From an uncultured Methanosarcinales archaeon (GTDB lineage: Archaea; Nanobdellota; Nanobdellia; Woesearchaeales; GW2011-AR4), in contig CAZSIU010000003.1 in the NCBI GenBank assembly GCA_964607225.1, positions 1 to 47,871 of the forward strand: a stretch of DNA of 47,871 bases, read 5' to 3'. The position numbers and the translations under genes were made by a program. Numbering within the stretch: position 1 is the first letter of the stretch; every line of letters starts with the position of its first letter. This document shows positions 20,901-29,900 of this stretch, piece by piece. Under the pieces are notes generated by a model. It made no database searches. It was not told the DNA's origin and saw only the letters and a list, made by a program, of their open reading frames with translations.

Positions 20901-23900
20901 ACAATAATGGAGATGTGAATTTTATAGTTAAAACAGACGGGAAACTATATTTCCTTTTGAGTGACGGAACTTCAGAAACAGAAATTAATACAAACACAAT
21001 ATTAAATACAAATACATGGTATTATACTGCTGCAACTTATTCTGGCTCAACAATGACGATTTATCTTAATGGTCTAGCCGAAGTTACAGGCACAATTAGC
21101 AATGCAAATCCTTTTGCTTTTTCTGGTAATCCAAATGTAGGAGGAGATATAGATGGTAAATCAAACTTCTTCAACGGCACCATTGACGAACTCTCAATCT
21201 GGAACGTTTCTATTGAGTCAAGCTTAATTGCACAGCACGCCCAAAGAGGCTTAACAAATCTAAGCATTTATTACTCTGCTTCAAATGACTCAACAACATG
21301 GTCAGATTGGACAAGGGCAACGAATAATACTTTGACAGCAGTTGGATTTTCAATTGCAGATGACAGCTTGGTTGATGTTGTGGATTATGTTGTTGTTAGA
21401 AATGATGTAATTAATGATAATTATTCAACATCAAACAATCTTTTAATGTCGTCAGTTGATAATATATCAATTTCAGATTGTTCTTTGAACCTTTTTTCAT
21501 TGGACCAAATAGCGCAGTCAGAGGCTAATGCCAATGCAAAATATGGCATATCCTTGGAATGCCCAGCCAATAACTTCAAAGCTTTGGATTCAAACTTCTT
21601 AAATTCGGATCTGGGAACAACATCAGTTATTTCAGACAATAAAGCAAATGATATTATAAACTCTAAACCGCCTATGCCGCAAAACTTGCAGATTCTTTGT
21701 TTAAGCTTATATAATTCATCCAGCGCAAAATCAGGAACAATCAATTTAGCTCCTTTAAGATACGCAGATTTAAGCAAATTCCTTGTAAAAGATTCAGGCT
21801 TAAAAAATGAGAATAAAACACTGGCATCAACAACAATCAATCTCATCTGCAATGCTCCAAATTATGGCATGTATCTTTTAGCCAAGTTGTCTCTATATTC
21901 TTCCACAAGTTCTGAGAAGTTATCATCAGTAAGCTTGCTTTTCTTTAATATATCATCAACTGCCTTAAACAAGAGCAATATTTTAAGTTTCTCCTCTACA
22001 GCGCTCCTTAATAATGATTTAGTAGCGGACTTATTAAGCTCGTCCCCAATAATTTCATTAAATCTATCAGGAATTTCAATCCTTAATTCAGCCATTTTAA
22101 TATCACCTAAAGAAACCAATGAAAATGCATATTTAAAGGTTGTGGTTAATAGTAAGGATTTAAAAGAAAATAATGAAAAAGAAGAAAATCAGGCACGTAG
22201 CTTGGATAAAACTTCTGTTTGGCGAACGGAGATTTTAAACGAATTCTTTGTGGATTCGGAAACTACCAAAACTCACACTGTAAGTAGCAATAAACAAGAC
22301 AAATATAAAAATCTTTCGGTTTTAGATTCAGACTATTCAATAATCCCAATTGATGAATTCAAGCAAATTTGCCCAAGCATTGATTGCGGTGTTGTTGATT
22401 ACATAACAACAAAGAAAAAAATCAAGGATGTTAAAGAAGATGATTATGTATTAAGCTTGGATGAGAAAACTGGAAAAATAGTTCCAGCAAAAGTCAATGC
22501 CTTGCTTGACCATGGTATAAAACCAATATTTGAATTAAAAACAATTTCTGGCAGAGCAATAAACACAACTGCTGAGCATCCGTATTTAGTAAAATTATAT
22601 GATAAAGCTTTATGTGATAAATATGCAAATACTTTCTGGAATAGAAACACATTAACGGATATAAAATCAACAATAACGACTTCTGAAAGTATCAAAAATA
22701 ATGAATTTGATGAAAAAGACTATTGCACAAGATGGGTTGAAGTAAGCGAATTAAAAAAAGAGATGGAAATAGCTGTACCTTATTATAAAACAGGCGCTGT
22801 TAAATGGGAGAAGATTGCTTTTATAACTACTTTAGACGAGCAGCATGTCTATGATTTAGCGATTGAAGGCACTCAAAACTTCATTGCAAATGATATAATT
22901 GCGCATAACACTGCAAGATACTTCAGATACCTAGCAAAATTCAACACAAGCAATTCTAATTTAAGCCCAATATTAAATGATGTAACAATTAATTACACAG
23001 GCATATTCACAGATAACTTTGGAAATTACAACTATACATTTAATGCTCCAACTACTGCAACAACTTACACTGTTAAGGTTAATGCAACAAGCAACAACAT
23101 TCCAGGAGAAGCTTTAACTACATTTAGAGTAACTGCAATTCCTGTAATTAACACAAACTTTACAATTCCAACATTCCCAATGTTTAACAGAGATGTAACT
23201 ATTGTTGCAAATGTAACTGATGCAGACAATACAATTGTTTATGTTAACTTTACTTTATATGCTCCAAATGGAAGCATAATTAACTTAACAAATAGCTCAA
23301 GAGTTGGTGACTTGCATAATGCAAGCTTTAATCTAACAAGCTATGGAACTTGGAGATGGAATATTACTGTATTTGACAGTGATGGATTTTTGGTTAATTC
23401 AAGTTCAACAGGAGAAATAATTTTAATGCAGATAACAGAAAACTTCAATGTAACAGCAACTGAAGCTAATGCATCCATCTCTGTTTCTGGGCATGTTAAT
23501 TTAAGCAATGGGACAAATGTAAGTGATTCTTTAATTAGTATTTTCTTTAATGAGGTTTTGATGGGAATAAATAACTTGACACCTGTTGGAAATTATAAGC
23601 AGAAGCAGTTTGTTGATGATAGTGATAGTGATTTCTTGAAAGGAAATTTAAGCATTAATTCAAGGGTTGTTGGAACTGGTGCTGGTGCGAATGTTACAAT
23701 AAACATAAGCTCATTGCAAAACCAAACTCAAAACATACAGCAAAGAGGCATTACTGTAAACGCTTCAACTATTTTATATCTAAGATTTGAAGAGGGGACT
23801 GGGCAGTATGCGAATGACAGCTCTCAATATGGAAATAATGGAACATTTGGAGCAACAACTGCATCTGCAAGCGATGATCCTGTATGGAATTCAAGTGCTA

Positions 23901-26900
23901 AATTTGGAAGTTTTGGAGTGAGTTTCAATACAAATGATTTTGTGAATATTAGTGATAGCAATAGTTTGGATGTCGTAGGCAATTTGAGTATCGAAGCTTG
24001 GATTAAACCAAATTCACTTAGTGCTTCTGGTAGAGCGATGCTAGTCGATAAGGCAGATTACCCAACTGCTAATGATGTTGGTTACACAATATTTTTGGAT
24101 CCTAGTGGCTCTAATTTAATTATTAATGGATTTATTGCTAACTCTGGCGGTTCTTGTCAAATAACTGGAACACAAGCTTTTACTTCAAATGAATGGCATC
24201 ATGTAGCATTTACCTATGATGGTGTAAGAGGCAGAACTTATGTTGATGGACTTACTGACACTGATTCCGCATGTACACAAAGTCCAGCAGCAAATGCTGT
24301 GCATTTAACTGTTGGTATGACTAGTGATGCTAGGAATTTCTACAACGGCACAATAGATGAAGTAGGGATATGGAATATAAGTCTTGATAATGCAACAATC
24401 TTACAACACTACCAACTCGGCTGGGGTTACTTTAATACTTCAAACTTCACAAGCCAAGTCTTTGATGCAAATGCAGTTGTGAACTGGAGCTATATTTCAT
24501 GGTATCAAGGCGCTGATGACAAGGGAATAAGCAATTTATATCAGCAGGATTTGAGCAATGTGATTAATGCTTCAACTGTTCTTTACATGAAGTTCAACAA
24601 TGACACTTTAGAATCAGAGAGGCAGTTGAATGCAACTCATAATATTTCTGCTGAAACAAATCTTGTTTTGTACATGCCGTTTGATTCTGCTAATGCTAGA
24701 GAATTGAAAGAAAATGGAAGCACTGTTTTATTGATGCATTTCAATAATGATACAGGAACTGGGGAGAATGCAAGTTTGTTTTTGAGCAACGCTACATTTA
24801 GTAATGTTACAAATGGAACTTGCAATCTTGCCTCAGGTTTCTGTCCAGTATTCAATAAGTCAAATGCAAGATTAGGAGCAGCTGCTTTAGAGTTTGATGG
24901 AGTGGATGATGTGGTTAATACAACATTCAAACCGAAAAACATGTTAGGAACAAATAAATCATTTAGCATATCCTTATGGACTTTCCTTAAGAGTGCTAAG
25001 AATCAAAACTTTATACATACACCTGTAGGAGATGGAGGAGATAGATTTTATTTTATAGTAGATACTGGTACATACATTATTGGATTAGGAAGTCAATTTA
25101 AAGATACTGGCATAGTGCCAGTAACAGGCTTCTGGCAACATTTGGTTGTCACTTGGAATGGAAGCAGCTCTCTTAAGCTATATGTTGATGGTGCTCTAAG
25201 AAAAGAAGAGTCTTATACTGGAGACGGGCAGCCTGCAAATGGTAATATGGTAATAGGTGCTAGTGCTAGCGATGGTTCTCTTGTAATAAACGGCACCATA
25301 GACGAAGTCGCAATCTGGAACATTTCGCTTTCATCAGGAGACATAGCAAAACATTCTGGTTATGGAATTGACAGGAGCATTTATGGGAATAATGCAACAT
25401 TGATGAATGGAACTATTGTAAACCAAAGCGGTAAGTTTTTTGAGGCAATGCAGTTTGATGGAAAAGGAGATTTTGTTAATTTATCAAATGATAGTGATTT
25501 TAATTTTGGAACAGGAGAGTTTGCAGTTGAATTTTGGATGAAAACAACTGATACTTCTGATAATTCTTTGATTGATAAATCTATTTCTGAATCTCCTTTC
25601 AGTGGATGGTATTTCTACTTTAGGGGTGCAGGTGACATTGATTTTTTCGCAAACAATGATGCCAATACTCTGGATGGAAAAATTAAAACAAATGATGGTA
25701 ACTGGCATCATATAACTGCAACAAGAAGGGGTACTACTAGTTATTTATATGTTGATGCTGTATTAGATGTAAGTGCAGCTCATTCTTCAAATGATAATAC
25801 TGCCGCGGCTCTATTAATAGGTACACAACGTAGCTCTGCTCTTTTCTTCAACGGCACAATGGACGAAGTAGCAATCTGGAACAAATCCTTATCTTCTGAT
25901 TTAATAGCACAGCACGCAGGCGCAAAAATAATTGATTATTCGCAATACGGCAATAATGGAACGAGGAATTTCAATTCATCTTCAGACTTTGGAAGGAATT
26001 TCACAGACGGAAAGTTTTCAAAGGCGTTGTTGTTTGATGCTATAAATGACTATGTTAATGTAAGTGATAGTAGTAGTTTAGATATTAATAATAGTCTTAC
26101 TATTGAAGCATGGGTTAAATTTGATGGACTACCTAATGATAATATGAATATAGTTTCAAAAGGTGATACAAGTATTGCCAATTATAATTATAATATTAGG
26201 ACCAACCTAGCACAATTAGATTATGCGTGGAAATGTTGTGGAACTACTGATAATGTATATAGAACAACAAGTAGTGTCCTTACAACAGGTGTATGGACAC
26301 ATATTGCTGCAACGCATGTAAGTGGGAACACACCAAAAATCTATATAAATGGAATTGAACAATCAGCTAGTATTACAAGTGGTGCTGCTACTACCCCTTT
26401 AAATTACAGCGCTGATCATCTATATATTGGTAGTAGAGGAAGGAATGAAGCTAGTGGTGCTTTCGTGAACGGCACCATTGACGAAGTAGCAATCTGGAAC
26501 ATTTCATTATCAGAATCAGAAATAAGAAAACATTATGAAAAAGGAGTTTTGAAGTTAAACTTAAGCTACAGAACAAGCAATGATAGCACTACATTTAGCC
26601 AATGGTATGGTGCGGGAAATAACACTTTAAGCACTGTTGGGTTGTGTGTTGCTGAAGACAGCTTGATAACATTGGCAAATGGTTCAAAGAAAAAGATAAA
26701 AGAAATTCAAGAAGGGGAGTATGTGCAATCTCTTGATGAAAAGACTGGTAAAATTGTTACAAATAAAGTAAATGCTTTGTTGGATATGGGCAATAAGACA
26801 GTATACCAATTAACAACGGAATCTGGAAGAGCTATAAACACGACAAAAGAGCATCCTTATTTGATTAGAATTTACAAAAATTCGAATTCATCGGGAAGAA

Positions 26901-29900
26901 GTTTAATAACTTTGCCCTCAATTTCTTCAGGAGAATGCTGCTTTAGCAATTTAGAGATTGAGCGTTTCTGTGCTTCCAAGTCTTTTGCACGGATTCTTAA
27001 TAGCCAAATTCCAAAGTGCTTAGAAGAAGCAAATTGCTCATCTGTAAAATGTTTGTCACGTGTAATCAGTAATCTTTGCTCTGATAAAGTCAGTTCAAAT
27101 ACTTCTCCATTCTCAATACCCTTAGGAGATAATTTAACGTCATGTCCTAATTTGGATAAGAAAGAAAATAAGCCTCTATGCACATTTTCATCAAATAAAA
27201 ACTTCATTTTAGGCAGGGACAAGTTCGAAACTTCTTTCTGTGAGTTGAGCAGCAAACTGCAAAGCTGCTTTGATGTGCTTTTTAATCAAGGAAGGGTATG
27301 CTTCAAGGATTTCTTTTGCAGTAGCTCCATCTTCGAGCATTTCCAGAACTATCGAAACCATGATTCTTGTACCTTTGAAAGTAGGCTGTCCATGGCAAAT
27401 ATTGGAATCAACAACGATATAATCATTAATTTCGATTCTCATGAAATAAATAATGATAGTTCAGTATTTAAATATTACGAAAATAATAGTGCTTCTCTGC
27501 TTGAGCTAAAAGACGAGCTCATAGAAATTAATAATGTTACAGCTAAATGGGTTAGAGTAAATCAGTTAAAAAAGGGAATGGAAATTGCTGTTCCTGATTA
27601 TGAATCAAATACAATAAAGTGGGAGAAAATAGTATCAATTAATGTTTTAGAGCCACAGCACGTCTATGACTTAAGCATTGAAGGTACTAAAAACTTCATT
27701 GCAAATGACATTATTGCGCACAATACAGGAAGATACTTCCAGTACAAAGCAGACTTCAATACAACTGATGCAAGATATTCTCCAATTCTAAATAATGTAA
27801 CAATTAACTATTCTGGCATATTTACAGATGCTTTTGGCAACTATAATTATACTTTTAGAGCTCCATCAAGTGGTTCTTATTCAATTAAAGTTAATGCAAC
27901 TTATGCAAATATTTCAGGAGAAGCATTTACAACATTGCAAATAGACACATCTGCTCCAAGGATTAACTTTACAAGGCCAACTCCTGCAAATAACTCAAGA
28001 GCAGTTGGAAATGCACAAAAAATAAACATAAGCATTACAGATAATGCTGTAAGCAGATGCACATTGCAAGTTCATAATGGAACCGACAATGCAACAAATT
28101 TCACAATGGAAATAAGAGGCTTAAACTGTAATGTAACTATAACAACACTTGATGGCTACAACTATACTTTAAAGGCTTATGCAACAGACACTGCTGGAAA
28201 TGAGAATTCAACTGAAAACCATACATTTAGAGAAAACACAAAACCAGAAATTCCAACTTTAAATGCTCCTGCAAACAACTCAAGATTATTAACAACAAGT
28301 GTTATATTAAATTACACTACAAATGACAATGATACAGACAATGTAAATTACATTGTTTACTTTGACACAAGCACAAACCCAACAACAATTGTATATAGAA
28401 GCACTTCAAAAACATTTGTTGTTTCAACAACAAGAGGCACAACTTACTTTTGGAAAGTGCAAGCAGATGATACTTTTGAGAACTCAAGCAACTCAACAAT
28501 AAGGCAATTCACTATCAACTCATTACCTCCAACACCATTAATAATAACCCCAAATTTAACAGGAATACAGCTTAGAGGCTCTCAAACTTATAATGTAAGC
28601 TGGGTTAATTCAACAAGCGATGCAGAAGGTGACCAAGTAAATATCAGCTTATATTATTCAACAGATTCTGGACTTACATATCCTAATTTTATAACTAGCA
28701 ATCTAACCAATAATGGCACATATGGTTGGCTAGTGCCAAGCATTGACAGCAACAAAGCAAGAATAAAAGCAATTGCAACTGATAGCTATGAAACTAGTGA
28801 AGATACTAGCGATAATGATTTCACTATTGACAGCACTGCTCCTACAATAACTCTAGACAATCCGCCAAATGGAAGCAGCTTTAATAATGGAACCTTCATT
28901 AACTTAACAATAACAGATAATTTAGTTGGTGGAATAAATGTAAGCTGGAACAACAATAGCTATGTTGGTGCTCCAAACAGGACTGACTTCAATGGAACTT
29001 ATGACATCAACACAACTGATTGGCAAGTTGGAGAGGTTAATATTAGCGTTTATGCAAATGACAGTGTAGGCAACTTAGCAACTGCTTACTTTAGGTTTAG
29101 TATAACAGATGTACAACCAGTTGTCACCTTCAATGCTCCATCTCCAAATCAAGTAATAAGAGCTACTTTTAGAGTAAATGTAAGCTCAACTTCACAACTT
29201 GATGATGCTGCTTTTGTTAATTTCACCTATGAAGGCGCAACACAAAACTTTACAATGACTCAAGCTGGAAATGATTATTTCTATGACTTTGATACAACAA
29301 CTGTTGCAGATAGGCAAAGAAGGCTTTCTGTTTATGGAAACAATTCTGCTGGAACTGTTGTAAGAGCTGATATATTTGCAACTATTGACAATACTGCACC
29401 TGCAATAAGGCTAGACTCTCCAGCCAATGACACTTGGAAGAATTCAAGCGTTACATTTGTTTATGTACCGAATGATGTAACAACAAGCATTGTAAATTGC
29501 TCATTGATAATTAATGGAACAATAAACAGAACCAATAGCAGTATTTCAGAAGGGATAGAGAACTTATTCAGCAATGTTGTCTTTGGAGACGGCATCTATA
29601 GATGGGATGTTAATTGCACCGACACAATTGGCAATAATGGCAGCAATGGAACTGCAAGGCTATTAAAAATTGATACAATAATACCAACAATTACGTTGCT
29701 AGACCCACCAAATGACACATCAATAAGAGGCAACAAAACAATTAACTTTTCTGTAACAGACTCTGGAGGAGCTGGTATTGCTAATCTAACTTGGAGCAGC
29801 AATTACTTATTGGACCAGACATCATTTATTGGGACTTATGGCATCAACACAAGTGAATTCCCAGAAGGAAAAACAAACATTACAATAGTTGCAAACGATT

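Larger units (their letters stand above)
21350..22909 (+). mobile_element. Intein 2 (520 aa, Ser1...HN/Thr+1) with antisense cargo
   Basis: SIADDSLV, INTTAEHPYL, VYDLAIEGTQNFIANDIIAHN|T. Confidence 0.85.
26645..27724 (+). mobile_element. Intein 3 (360 aa, Cys1...HN/Thr+1) with an antisense TA pair at the endonuclease position
   Basis: CVAEDSLITLANGSKKKIKEI, INTTKEHPYL, VYDLSIEGTKNFIANDIIAHN|T. Confidence 0.9.
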
